A program made the translations under genes and the position numbers. Positions 16,908 to 26,411 of a stretch of DNA of 47,396 nt are shown one piece after another. The DNA comes from Gammaproteobacteria bacterium. Lineage in GTDB: Bacteria; Pseudomonadota; Gammaproteobacteria; Steroidobacterales; Steroidobacteraceae. Position 1 is the stretch's first letter. Every line of letters starts with the position of its first letter. The notes below the pieces were generated by a model. The model made no database searches. It was not told the origin of the DNA and was given only the letters and a program-made list of their open reading frames with translations. The stretch lies in assembly GCA_030038875.1 (NCBI GenBank), contig JASHQW010000132.1:1-47396 (forward strand), in the 5' to 3' direction.

Positions 16908-19220
16908 TCAGGGGCGCGAAGTGCGGCGCCGCCGGGCGATGAGCAGCATTGCGCCGCCGAGCAGCGTGAGGCAGTCGCACGCGCCCCCGCCGCCGCTGCC
17001 CGGAGGCGCGGTGATCGTCAGCTGCGCTGAGCCCGTGGCACTGGCATCAGCGGCCGAGACCGCCGTGATGGTCACGCTTGCGGGCGACGGCACGCTCGCG
17101 GGGGCGGAATAGACTCCCGCCGAGGTGATCGTGCCGACGGTGGCATTGCCCCCCGCGACGCCGTTCACCTCCCAGGTGACCGCCGAGTTGGTGGTGTTCG
17201 CGAGCGTCGCAGTCAGGGTGGCGGTCCGGCCTGTCTGAACGCTGTCGCTCGCCGGGCATACGGCAACCGTGACCGCCGGCGCGGTCGTCGAGCAGGCGCT
17301 CTGGCCCGCGGCCGCAGGCGCAGACGTGGTGGCCGACCCGGGCGTGATCACCACGTTGGCCGTGTCGGTGCGGCCGGCATCGTCGGTTACCGTCAACGCC
17401 ACGGTCCCGACCCCGCAGGAAGGCGCCGTCACGGATGCCTTGGAAGTCGCTGCGCCCGTAATGCTCAGCGTGAGCCCGCCGCTCACCGGGCTCCATTGAT
17501 AGCTGCTGACGGTGTGACCGTCGGCCGCGCCGCTGCCGCTGCCGTCGAGCGTCACGATCTGGCCGGCCGTCACGCTCGCCGGGACTGCGACGGCGGCGAT
17601 CGGGCGCAGCGCCGCGGTCAGCGCACCCGGCGCGTTGGCCATGCCGGCGCCGCAGGTCTGGTCGTCGCGGGTGCAGATGCATTCGCTGTTCTGCACGTCA
17701 TTGGCGCCGGTCGGAACGTGACACATCGGCGGCTGGGCGCCGGTCGCATCGAGAGAGGTCTGCGGGAAAGGCAGCGAGCCCTCCTTCAGCCGCGACATGA
17801 GCTGGCAGGAGTTGAGGCTGCTGTTGACCGATGACATGAGCGCGGCGATCCCGGAGACGACCGGCGCGGAGAAGCTCGTGCCGATGTTGTAGGTGCGATA
17901 TTGCCCCGTGCTGATGCTGCAACCGGTGTAGCTGCCGGTGGTGGGATCGCAATAGTAGAGACCAGTGTAGTCGTTGGCATCGGGCGTGGCCGGGCCCGTG
18001 GTGCTCAGGTTCGTCGTGGTGGTCATGGTGTAAACGCAGGCCGACTCGGCGGTCGTGAACGAGTCGCCGCAGTTTCCCGCCGGTGCACCGAGCGCCACCT
18101 CGGGACCCAGGCTGCTGTAGCCGACCTTGGTGCCGGCCTGGCGGAGCCCCGCCACGCCGACGACGCCCGGGCAGTTGGCCGGCGCGTCGACCGGGCCGCC
18201 TTCGTTGCCGGCCGAGGCGACCACCAGCACCCCGACTGCCGTCAGCTGGCCGACGGCCTCGATGTAGCTCTGTGGACAGCTGCCGGTGCCGCCGAGGCTC
18301 ATATTGATGATCTTGGCCGGATTCGGGTTGGCCGGTGCGTCGCTTACCGCGATCCCGCCCGCCCACAGCATCCCGGAGATGATGTCGGAATCGAGCCCGC
18401 CGCAGGTGCCGACGGAGCGCACCGGCAGAATCAGCGGGCCCCAGGTCAGCCCCGCCACTCCGATGCCATTGTTGGTGGCGGCGCCGAGAATGCCGGCGAC
18501 GCGCGTGCCGTGCCAGGAGCTCGGTTCTGCGGTCGCCTGGCCGCACTCGTCCGGATCATTGGTGATGTCGGCGCTCGTGACCCAGTCGCCGGGATCCGCC
18601 GCGCCCGGCCCCGGGCAGGCGCCGCCGTTCGCGATGAAGGGATCCGAGATGAAGCAGTACCCGGCGAGCAGGCGGCTGGCCAGGTCCGGGTGATCAGGCC
18701 GTACCCCCGTATCAATGTCGGCGATGACGAGCGTCGTGCTCCCCGTGGTGGTGGTCCACGCGTCCACAGCATCGACCGCGCTCGGCGTGGCCGCGGCGAT
18801 CTGCAAGTACCACTGCTGGGCGTAGAGCGGATCGTTCGGCGCGCCGTGGATGTAGCGGCGCTCATCAGGCACCGCGTACTCGACCTCGGGATCGGCGCGC
18901 AGCCGTGCCAGGATCGCCGCGGCCGATTCTCCCACCGCCGCCTCGATACGCACGGCGTGGATGAGCGCCGTGATCGGGCGATGCGCCACGAGCCGCAGGC
19001 CGTTGCGGGAGGCGAGCGCAACGATGCGCTCCCGCGCGCCGTCTGGCCGGGCCTGAGCGGCAGCCGCGGCCGCAGTGCCGGCACGCAGCTTGATGATGAG
19101 CGGCTGCGCCGCTGCGGCCGGTGTGCCGTGCGGATGGGTGCGCACCAGGTTCACCTCGGCAGCGCTCGCGGGCGTGCCGGTCAGCGCGGCGAGCGCGCTG
19201 AGGCATATGAGCCAACGCAT
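16908..19220 (-). CDS. S8 family (subtilisin-like) serine peptidase with PKD/Ig-like repeats and a C-terminal sorting-signal-like tail
   Basis: Start MRWLICLSALAALTGTPASA (CAT at 18218... corrected: CAT at 19218-19220). Catalytic regions VIADIDTGV (Asp), WHGTRVAGI (His) and GTSFSAPVVSG (Ser). Two Ig-like modules follow. Tail: GSGGGGACDCLTLLGGAMLLIARRRRTSRP. Confidence 0.9.
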   Translation of the reverse strand: MRWLICLSALAALTGTPASAAEVNLVRTHPHGTPAAAAQPLIIKLRAGTAAAAAAQARPDGARERIVALASRNGLRLVAHRPITALIHAVRIEAAVGESAAAILARLRADPEVEYAVPDERRYIHGAPNDPLYAQQWYLQIAAATPSAVDAVDAWTTTTGSTTLVIADIDTGVRPDHPDLASRLLAGYCFISDPFIANGGACPGPGAADPGDWVTSADITNDPDECGQATAEPSSWHGTRVAGILGAATNNGIGVAGLTWGPLILPVRSVGTCGGLDSDIISGMLWAGGIAVSDAPANPNPAKIINMSLGGTGSCPQSYIEAVGQLTAVGVLVVASAGNEGGPVDAPANCPGVVGVAGLRQAGTKVGYSSLGPEVALGAPAGNCGDSFTTAESACVYTMTTTTNLSTTGPATPDANDYTGLYYCDPTTGSYTGCSISTGQYRTYNIGTSFSAPVVSGIAALMSSVNSSLNSCQLMSRLKEGSLPFPQTSLDATGAQPPMCHVPTGANDVQNSECICTRDDQTCGAGMANAPGALTAALRPIAAVAVPASVTAGQIVTLDGSGSGAADGHTVSSYQWSPVSGGLTLSITGAATSKASVTAPSCGVGTVALTVTDDAGRTDTANVVITPGSATTSAPAAAGQSACSTTAPAVTVAVCPASDSVQTGRTATLTATLANTTNSAVTWEVNGVAGGNATVGTITSAGVYSAPASVPSPASVTITAVSAADASATGSAQLTITAPPGSGGGGACDCLTLLGGAMLLIARRRRTSRP

Positions 19221-19463
19221 CGGCACGGCTCCTGAAGAGATATCCATCCGATCCTTTTTAGTGCAAGTCTCCCGAGCGCGAAAGCTGTCGGCTGGCTACG
19301 ACAACAGGTTCCCAGGCGCCTTTCCGACAGGCCGCCGATTTGCGATGCGCATCACACTCACGAGCCACCCGGCACGCTGCGATTGCTTGCAACGGCCATT
19401 GCCCGGCCCGCCCGGGGCGCCGTGGTATTCTCGCGGCCGGCCAGGCTTTAAGGGGGGTTGGCC

Positions 19464-20684
19464 GTGATCCAGTACTTCAGAATGCTCACCCGGCCGCAGC
19501 TGCACGCCTATTTCGCCGCGCTCGGCGGCTGGTCGCTCGATGCGCTCGATTTCTTCGTGTTCGTCTTCTGCCTGAGCGCGATCAGCACCGAGTTTCATAC
19601 CACCGTGAAGGCGGTGTCCGAGGGCGTCTTCCTCACGCTGGCGTGCCGCCCGCTCGGGGCACTCGCCTTCGGCTGGCTCGCGGAGAAGTACGGACGCAGG
19701 CCGGTCCTGATGTTGAATGTCATCAGCTATTCCGTGGTGCAGCTCGCCACGGCGTTTGCACCCGACCTGGCGACGCTGCTGGTGCTGCGCGCAGTGTTCG
19801 GCTTCGCCATGGGCGGCGAATGGGGCGTAGGCGCGGCGCTGGCGTTCGAGACACTGCCGGCGAAGGGACGCGGATTCTTCTCCGGGCTGCTGCAGGAAGG
19901 ATACGTGCTCGGCTACCTGCTGGCGTCGGTGGTGTTCGGGTTGCTTTTCGTGCACGTCGGCTGGCGCGGCATGTTCATCATCAGCTCGGCGTCCGCGCTG
20001 CTGGTGCTGTACATCCGTTTCGGTGTCGAGGAGTCCCCGGCCTGGACGGCGGGCAAGGCCCCGCACCGCGCCTCCGCCGCCGAGCTCTGGAGCGCGGTTA
20101 CCCATTACTTTCCGACTCTCTGTTACCTGGTGCTGCTGATGGCGTGCTTCAACGCCTTCTCCCACGGCTCGCAGGACCTGTATCCAACCTTCCTGCAGAA
20201 GCAGCACGGATACCCGCCGAGCGTGACCAGCAGTGTCGTGATCATCATGAACGTCGGCGCATTGTTCGGCGGCATCTGCTTCGGTGCGCTGTCCGAGCGT
20301 ATCGGCCGCAGACGCGCCATCGTGCTGGCCGCCGCTCTGTCGCTCCCCATGATCCCGTTGTGGGCGTATACGCAGACCGCGGTGACGCTGGCGCTCGGCG
20401 CGTTCCTCATGCAGTTCATGGTCCAGGGAGCCTGGGGCATCGTGCCGGCGCATCTCAACGAGCTCTCGCCACCCTCGGTACGCGCCATGCTGCCGGCCTT
20501 CGCCTACCAGCTCGGCAACCTCGCGGCATCCAAGATGGCGCCCTTTCAGGCCGGCATCGCCGAAGCGCACGGCAACGACTACGCGCACATCCTCTCGCTG
20601 ACGATGGCGGTCGTCGCCGTGGCGCTGATCCTGGTCACCTGGTTCGGCCGGGAGGCGCGCGCTGCGGAGCTCAAGGTGGGGTGA
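19464..20684 (+). CDS. MFS transporter
   Basis: GTG at 19464, 7 nt after AAGGGGGG (alternatives: TTG 19458, ATG 19482). MFS motif-A-like GWLAEKYGRRPVL and 12 TM-like segments. Confidence 0.85.
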   Translation: MIQYFRMLTRPQLHAYFAALGGWSLDALDFFVFVFCLSAISTEFHTTVKAVSEGVFLTLACRPLGALAFGWLAEKYGRRPVLMLNVISYSVVQLATAFAPDLATLLVLRAVFGFAMGGEWGVGAALAFETLPAKGRGFFSGLLQEGYVLGYLLASVVFGLLFVHVGWRGMFIISSASALLVLYIRFGVEESPAWTAGKAPHRASAAELWSAVTHYFPTLCYLVLLMACFNAFSHGSQDLYPTFLQKQHGYPPSVTSSVVIIMNVGALFGGICFGALSERIGRRRAIVLAAALSLPMIPLWAYTQTAVTLALGAFLMQFMVQGAWGIVPAHLNELSPPSVRAMLPAFAYQLGNLAASKMAPFQAGIAEAHGNDYAHILSLTMAVVAVALILVTWFGREARAAELKVG

Positions 20685-20715
20685 GCAGCGCGCGGATGCG
20701 GGGATCGTCTAGGTG

Positions 20716-22062
20716 CTACGGGCGGCGCAGCTGGTACTCCTTCATCTTGCGGTAGAGAGCGCTGCGGGATACGCCGAGCCGCTTGGCCGCTTCGGCGACC
20801 CGCCACGCCTCGGCCCGCAGGATCTCCTCGATGTGACGCCTCTCGCGCTCATCGAGCGTGTGTCCGGCCGCCTCGGGCGGCGCGGGGCGGGCGAGCAGCG
20901 CCTCGGAATCGAAGCGCAGGTCCCTGCCGTGAAGGCTCGAGCCTTCCGCGAGCAGCACGCTGCGCTCGAGCACGTTGCGTAGCTCGCGGATGTTGCCCGG
21001 CCAGGCATAGCCGGTGAGGGCCTCGACCGCATCCGGCGCCAGCGCCATCTCGCGGCCCAGCTCCGCCGCGAAGCTCCTGAGAATGGCCTGCGCCAGGAAT
21101 ACGATGTCCTCGCGGCGCTGGCGCAGGCTCGGGAGGCGCAGCTGCAACGTGCTGATGCGGAAATAGAGGTCGCTGCGGAATTTCTGCGCCTGCACCGCCG
21201 CGGCAAGATTCTGGTGGGTGGCGGCAATCAGGCGCACGTCGACCGAGCGGTCGCGAACGCTGCCGAGCCTGCGGAACTGGTGGTCGTCGAGCACCTTGAG
21301 GAGCCTGGGCTGGATCGCGAGATCCATGTCGCCGATCTCGTCGAGAAAGAAGGTGCCCTGATGCGCGACCTCGATGAGTCCGGGCTTGCCGGCGGTCGCG
21401 CCGGTGAATGCGCCCTTCTCGTGGCCGAACAGCTCCGATTCGAGCAGCTCGCGGCTCAGGCCCGCGCAGTTCAGGTCGACGAACGCCTCGCCGGACCTCG
21501 GTCCGTGCCGGTGTATCCACGCCGCCAGCACCCCCTTGCCGGCTCCGGTCTCGCCGTGGATCAACAGCGGACGGTCGCTCGGGGCGATCTTCTCGACCTC
21601 GGCCCGCAGTGAGCGGATCGCGGCACTCACGCCGATGAAGGGATCGAAAGCGCCGCGCGAGTCGCGGGCCTCCGAGGCGAGCCGCGCGCGCCGGTTCTTC
21701 GAGTTCTCGAAGATCCTCTCCAGCACCACGGCGAGGGTCGAGAGCTGCACCGGCTTGGTGAGGAAATACTCGGCGCCCTCGCGCATCGCCTGCACTGCGA
21801 GCTCGATGGTGGCGTGCCCGGTGACCACGATGATGGGAACCGCGTCGTCGAGCTCGCGCAGCCGCGGGATGAGCTCGAGCGCGTTCGCATCGGGCAGCTC
21901 GTAGTCGAGCAGCACCGCATCCGGCCGCGCCGCGAGGAAGGCATCGCGCGCCGCCCGCGCGCTGTCGGCTTCGACCACCTCGTGGCCCCTGCCCTGCAGG
22001 AACTCGCGCAGCGGCGCGCGGATCTCCCGCTGATCATCGACCACCAGCACCCGCTTGGTCAT
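20716..22062 (-). CDS. Sigma-54-dependent response regulator (NtrC family bacterial enhancer-binding protein)
   Basis: REC domain (VLLDYELPD). AAA+ domain with Walker A GETGAGKG and the GAFTGA sigma-54 contact loop (EKGAFTGA). C-terminal Fis-type HTH (AAKRLGVSRSALYRKM). Confidence 0.92.
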   Translation of the reverse strand: MTKRVLVVDDQREIRAPLREFLQGRGHEVVEADSARAARDAFLAARPDAVLLDYELPDANALELIPRLRELDDAVPIIVVTGHATIELAVQAMREGAEYFLTKPVQLSTLAVVLERIFENSKNRRARLASEARDSRGAFDPFIGVSAAIRSLRAEVEKIAPSDRPLLIHGETGAGKGVLAAWIHRHGPRSGEAFVDLNCAGLSRELLESELFGHEKGAFTGATAGKPGLIEVAHQGTFFLDEIGDMDLAIQPRLLKVLDDHQFRRLGSVRDRSVDVRLIAATHQNLAAAVQAQKFRSDLYFRISTLQLRLPSLRQRREDIVFLAQAILRSFAAELGREMALAPDAVEALTGYAWPGNIRELRNVLERSVLLAEGSSLHGRDLRFDSEALLARPAPPEAAGHTLDERERRHIEEILRAEAWRVAEAAKRLGVSRSALYRKMKEYQLRRP

Positions 22063-22064
22063 CG

Positions 22065-25000
22065 CTAGGAGGCGACGGCGGCGGCGGATGCCGCGTAACG
22101 GTCGAGCGCATGGCGCACCGCCTCGAGCAGCTGCTGCGAGGAGTAAGGCTTCTGGATGAAGTCCTGCCCCGCCTGCAGCGCCAGCTCACGTCCGGCCATC
22201 TCGCGGCTGTAGCCACTCATGAAAATGACCCGCAAGGCCTCGTCGCTGGTGCGCAGCCGCGCCGCGAGCTCGCGTCCGCTCATGCCCTGCGGCATGACGA
22301 TGTCGGTCAGCAGCAGCCGGATCTCCTCGCGATGCTCTTCCCAGAGCTTGAGCGCCTCGTCCCCGTTGCCGGCCTGCAGTACCCGGTAACCCGCGCCCTG
22401 CAGTGTGGTGGTGATCGCCTCGCAGACGATCGGCTCGTCCTCGACCAGCAGCACGGTCTCGGTGCCGCGCGGCAGTGCGCTGCGTGCGGCGGCCTGCGCG
22501 GGCGCAGCCTGCTCGAGGGCCGGCAGAAGAATCTGGAACGTGGTGCCGCGCCCGAGCGCGCTCTGCACCGAGATCGAGCCGCCGTGCTGGCGCACGATGC
22601 CGAATACCGTCGCGAGACCGAGCCCCGTGCCCTTGCCCGGCTCCTTGGTCGTGAAGAACGGCTCGAAGATGCGCAGCAGATGCTCCGGCGCGATGCCGAC
22701 ACCGGTGTCGCTCACCTTGAGACACACGTAGCGTCCCGGCGCGGCGTCCGGAATGCTCTGGGCATCGGCCGCCGTGAGCGTCCGCTCCGAGGTCTCGACC
22801 AGCAGCTTGCCGCCCGCGGGCATGGCGTCGCGCGCGTTGAGCACCAGGTTCATCAGCACCTGGTCGAGCATGCCGGGATCGGCGTGGGTCAGGAGCTCGC
22901 GCGGATGCAGGCTGAGCTGCAGCTGTACGTCCTCGCCGATGATCCTCTGCAGCATCTTCGCGGTGCCGACGATGGCGTCGTTCAGGTTGAGGTCGTGCGG
23001 CTGCATCACCTGACGGCGGCTGAAGAGCAGCAGCTGGCGCGTGAGATTCGCGGCGCGCTCGGCAAAGCCGCGCAGCTGGCGCAGCTTTTCGTAGGCCGCC
23101 TCGGGCAGTCCTGCCATCATCTCCGCCAGCTCGGTCTGCATCATCATGGCGGCGAGGATGTTGTTGAAATCGTGCGCCACCCCGCCGGCGAGCTGTCCGA
23201 TCCCCTCCATCTTCTGCGCCTGGCGCAGCTGCTCCTCGAGCAGCCGCCGCTCGGTGATGTCCTCGGTGGTGCCGACGATACGTGTCACCGCGCCGTCGGC
23301 GCCGCGCACCGGGAAGGCGCGGTCGCGCACCCAGCGCACCGAGCCGTCGGGGCGCAGCACGCGGAAGGTCTCGTCGTACCTGCCGAGGGCCTGCTGCGTG
23401 AGCGCGGCCTGGCGCACCCGCTCACGGTCCTCCGGGTGAATCGCCTCCATCCAGGTGAAGGGCGCGGCGCGCAGGCTCTCGAGCGAGCGCCCCCAGACCT
23501 TCTCGTAAGCCGGGCTGATGTACAGCATCTGGCCCTTGGACACATCGGTCATCCAGAACACTTCGTGCATGTTCTCGGCGAGCTGACGAAAGCGCTCCTC
23601 GCTCTCGTGCAGGCTGGCCTCGGCCGCCTGGCGCGCCGCCTCGCGGCGGTTAACCTCGAGCGCCAGTCCGATGTTGTCCGCGAGCTCCCCGATCAGCGCG
23701 AGCTCCTCGATGTCGAAGAAGTCCGGCTCGCCGGCGTACAGGTTGATGACCCCGACCACCTTGCCCTCGACCTTGAGGGCGGCGACGCCCGAGGAACGGT
23801 AGCCGCGCTTGAGCGCCTCGCGCCGCCAGGGGGCGAAGCGCGGATCCGTCGCGATGTCGTTGCAGTTGGTGCAGGCACCCGAGAGATAGCAGCGCCCTGC
23901 CGGTCCGCCCGCCTGCGTGGCATCCCGCAGATCGATGTTGACGTGCTCGAGATAACCGTCGATCACACCGGCGGCGACGACGGGGCGCAGCCACCGGCCG
24001 CTCTCGTCCGGAAGCCCGACCCACGCGCCGCGGAACCTGCCCTTGTCCACCGCGATGCGACAGGCCGCCGCGAAGATCCGCTGCGGGTCCTTCTCGCGCA
24101 TCATCATGCCGTTGACGTCGCTCAACATGGCGTACATGCGATTCAGCTGCTGCACCCGCAGCTCCGCCTTCTTGCGCTGGGTCGTGTCCTGCAGCAGGGT
24201 ACAGAGGTAGTCGACGCTGCCATCGCTCTTGCGCACACAGCCCGCCGCGATGCTGGCCCAGATGATCTGGCCGTCCTTGCGGATATAACGCTTCTCGAGT
24301 GAATAACTGTCGACCTCCCCGGCCAGCATGCGCGAGAACTGCACCATATTGGCGGCGAGGTCGTCGGGATGGGTCAGCTGCGCCCAGTCGGTGGCGACGA
24401 GCTCTTCACGCGTGTAACCCATCATCTCGCACAGGCGATCGTTGACGGCGAGCCAGCCCTTCTCCGGAGAGGTGATCGCGAAGCCCGTCAGCGGCAGATC
24501 GAAGAAGCTGCGCAGGCGCGCCTCGCTCCGCCGCAGCTTGTCCTCCGCCAGCGTGCGGTCGGTGATGTCAGAGAGGAACGCAATCTGCGCCGGCCCGTCC
24601 GGAAGCTCGAGGTCCGCAACCGCGGCGCGCACGGGGAAGGTGGTGCCGTCGCGGCGCTGCGCGAGTCCCTCGAGCTCGGGCGTGATCGGCAGACCGCGCG
24701 ACCTGCGATGCTCGCGCTCGCTGACCAGCGGCCGGCTCTCGGGGGCCAGGTGCTCGCTCACGAGTCGGCCGGTCGCCGCTGCTGCATCCGGGTAGCGGTA
24801 GATCTCCGCGAACTTGCGGTTGGCGTAGATCACGACCCCGTCCCTCGCCATGGCGATCGCCTCGGGGGCCTGCTCGATGACCGCCCGAAAGCGGGCCTCG
24901 CTCGCGCGCAGCGACTCCTCCGCCTGGCGGCGCTCGGTGATGTCCTGCAGGTAGCTGATGAAGAGCGGCTTGCCATCCGCGCCCCGGGTGAGGACGGTGG

Positions 25001-25388
25001 AGATGTGGACCCAGACGATGCGCCCGTTCTTGTGGATGTAGCGTTTGGTGAAGGCCGCGCGCTGCGGGCCGCCGGCGAGCGCCTGGACGATGAAGTCCGC
25101 CCCGATATGCCGGTCCTCCTCGTGGGTGAGGTCGCGGAAGCTGAGGCGGGTCAGCTCCCCGGCGCTGTAGCCCACCATCTGGCACAGCGTTTGATTGACG
25201 CGCAGAAAGCTGCCATCGACGCCGACGAGAGCCACGCCGGCGGCCGGGTTCTCGAAGATGCTGCGCAACAGCTCCTCGCCCGCCTGCAGCGCGCGCCCGC
25301 CGTCCTTTGCGCGCGGGGTTTTCGCCGGCCGCGAGCGCGCGGTGCGCTTGGCGGGTGCGGCCCTGGTGAGGCGTGCCTTTTTGCGCAT
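22065..25388 (-). CDS. Hybrid sensor histidine kinase/response regulator with four PAS domains and one GAF domain
   Basis: 1107 aa with no TM segments seen. Four PAS-like modules and a GAF-like module. H-box AHDFNNIL, G2 box GTGLGLA, C-terminal REC (LLLTDIVMPQGMSG). The stop lies 2 nt from the start of the regulator gene. Confidence 0.9.
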   Translation of the reverse strand: MRKKARLTRAAPAKRTARSRPAKTPRAKDGGRALQAGEELLRSIFENPAAGVALVGVDGSFLRVNQTLCQMVGYSAGELTRLSFRDLTHEEDRHIGADFIVQALAGGPQRAAFTKRYIHKNGRIVWVHISTVLTRGADGKPLFISYLQDITERRQAEESLRASEARFRAVIEQAPEAIAMARDGVVIYANRKFAEIYRYPDAAAATGRLVSEHLAPESRPLVSEREHRRSRGLPITPELEGLAQRRDGTTFPVRAAVADLELPDGPAQIAFLSDITDRTLAEDKLRRSEARLRSFFDLPLTGFAITSPEKGWLAVNDRLCEMMGYTREELVATDWAQLTHPDDLAANMVQFSRMLAGEVDSYSLEKRYIRKDGQIIWASIAAGCVRKSDGSVDYLCTLLQDTTQRKKAELRVQQLNRMYAMLSDVNGMMMREKDPQRIFAAACRIAVDKGRFRGAWVGLPDESGRWLRPVVAAGVIDGYLEHVNIDLRDATQAGGPAGRCYLSGACTNCNDIATDPRFAPWRREALKRGYRSSGVAALKVEGKVVGVINLYAGEPDFFDIEELALIGELADNIGLALEVNRREAARQAAEASLHESEERFRQLAENMHEVFWMTDVSKGQMLYISPAYEKVWGRSLESLRAAPFTWMEAIHPEDRERVRQAALTQQALGRYDETFRVLRPDGSVRWVRDRAFPVRGADGAVTRIVGTTEDITERRLLEEQLRQAQKMEGIGQLAGGVAHDFNNILAAMMMQTELAEMMAGLPEAAYEKLRQLRGFAERAANLTRQLLLFSRRQVMQPHDLNLNDAIVGTAKMLQRIIGEDVQLQLSLHPRELLTHADPGMLDQVLMNLVLNARDAMPAGGKLLVETSERTLTAADAQSIPDAAPGRYVCLKVSDTGVGIAPEHLLRIFEPFFTTKEPGKGTGLGLATVFGIVRQHGGSISVQSALGRGTTFQILLPALEQAAPAQAAARSALPRGTETVLLVEDEPIVCEAITTTLQGAGYRVLQAGNGDEALKLWEEHREEIRLLLTDIVMPQGMSGRELAARLRTSDEALRVIFMSGYSREMAGRELALQAGQDFIQKPYSSQQLLEAVRHALDRYAASAAAVAS

Positions 25389-25477
25389 TCGGGCATTCTC
25401 CTATTCCCGGGACGGGCTGTCCCATTTCTGGGACGGCGGAGACGAGACGCCGGTCTCTGCATCCGGCGCGCGGCTGA

Positions 25478-25492
25478 CATAAAGTCTTTATG
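25478..25492. promoter_or_regulatory. Perfect 15-bp AT-rich palindrome in the divergent kinase/HDOD intergenic region
   Basis: CATAAAGTCTTTATG has 7-bp arms around a central T. It is conspicuous in GC-rich DNA. Its centre is about 64 bp upstream of the candidate -12 element at 25546-25550. Confidence 0.35.
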
Positions 25493-25534
25493 CGTCCGTA
25501 GGTTGCGCCGGGATCAGGCCCACCCACGGGGCTC

Positions 25535-25550
25535 TGGAATGGTGCTTGCA
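25535..25550 (+). promoter_or_regulatory. Candidate sigma-54 (-24/-12) promoter upstream of the HDOD gene
   Basis: TGGAAT-GGTGC-TTGCA has correct GG-N10-GC spacing and matches 9/11 of TGGCAC-N5-TTGCA. Caveat: the predicted start site (about 25561) would leave only a 4-nt leader before the ATG at 25565. Confidence 0.3.
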
Positions 25551-25564
25551 GTCCATGGAAGGAA

Positions 25565-26410
25565 ATGGCATCAGTTATCGCTTCGACCCTCGAGATCGCG
25601 CTCGAGGCCGCGCAACAGCGCATCGCGCGCCTCTCGGCGCTGCCGGTGCTCGACCCGCGGCTGCTGCAAGTGCTCGCACAGCGCGACGTCGACATCCAGT
25701 ACCAGCAGCTGCGCGAGCTGCTGCGGGTCGATCCCACGCTCGCCGTGCGCGTGCTCAAGGTGGCGAACTCCGCCTTCTACGGCTCACGGTCGATCAGCTC
25801 GATCGATCGCGCGCTGACGGTGCTCGGCGCCGTGGCGGTGGTCGGCATCGCCATGGCCGCGCGCTTCGACCGCAGCATTGCTCCGGGCTGCGCGCAATCG
25901 GCGCAGTTCCAGAGCCTGCGCCGCCACAGCCTGATGACGGGCGTCGCGGCGAAGCTGCTCGCGACCCGCGCCGACGCCGGCCCATGGGACGGCGAAGGCG
26001 CATTCCTTCTCGGCCTGCTGCATGACCTCGGCTGGCTGGTGCAGCTGCAGATCGAGCGCGAGCGGCGGCTGCGGCCTCATGAGGCCGGCACCCTGACGCC
26101 CACCGCGCACACGGAGCACGCGCTGCTCAGCGCCGCGCTGTTCGCGCATTGGCAGCTGCCGGAGCAGTTCATCGACGCGGCCTTTGATCACCACCACCTG
26201 CCGGAGGCGGGAGCCGCCTCGGTGGGCAGCGCGCTGCTGGCAGTCGCCGAGCAATGCGCCATGCACGGCGGCGACGCCTTCGGCGCGGATATGCGGCCGG
26301 CCGACTCGCAGCTGCCGCTGGCGCTGTTTCGCGTGACGGAGGCCGAGCTCCCGGAGCTCGGAGCCCGCTGCGCCGCGGAGGCCGCGCTCCTCGACGGACT
26401 GGTGAACTGA
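25565..26410 (+). CDS. HDOD domain-containing protein
   Basis: 281 aa: LPVLDPRLLQVL, VDPTLAVRVLKVANSAFYG, LLGLLHDLGWLV. The stop TGA lies 1 nt before the next ATG. Confidence 0.85.
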   Translation: MASVIASTLEIALEAAQQRIARLSALPVLDPRLLQVLAQRDVDIQYQQLRELLRVDPTLAVRVLKVANSAFYGSRSISSIDRALTVLGAVAVVGIAMAARFDRSIAPGCAQSAQFQSLRRHSLMTGVAAKLLATRADAGPWDGEGAFLLGLLHDLGWLVQLQIERERRLRPHEAGTLTPTAHTEHALLSAALFAHWQLPEQFIDAAFDHHHLPEAGAASVGSALLAVAEQCAMHGGDAFGADMRPADSQLPLALFRVTEAELPELGARCAAEAALLDGLVN

Positions 26411-26411
26411 A

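Noticed and set aside
19344-19353. A 10-bp perfect palindrome, GATGCGCATC, in the S8/MFS divergent region.
   Set aside because: It is short and GC-rich, so it is expected by chance in this composition. It has no partner motif or known consensus.
19370-19390. Sigma-54 look-alike GGCACG-CTGCGA-TTGCTTGCA upstream of the MFS transporter gene.
   Set aside because: The GG to GC spacing is 12 nt instead of the required 10, and sigma-54 promoters are intolerant of spacing changes.
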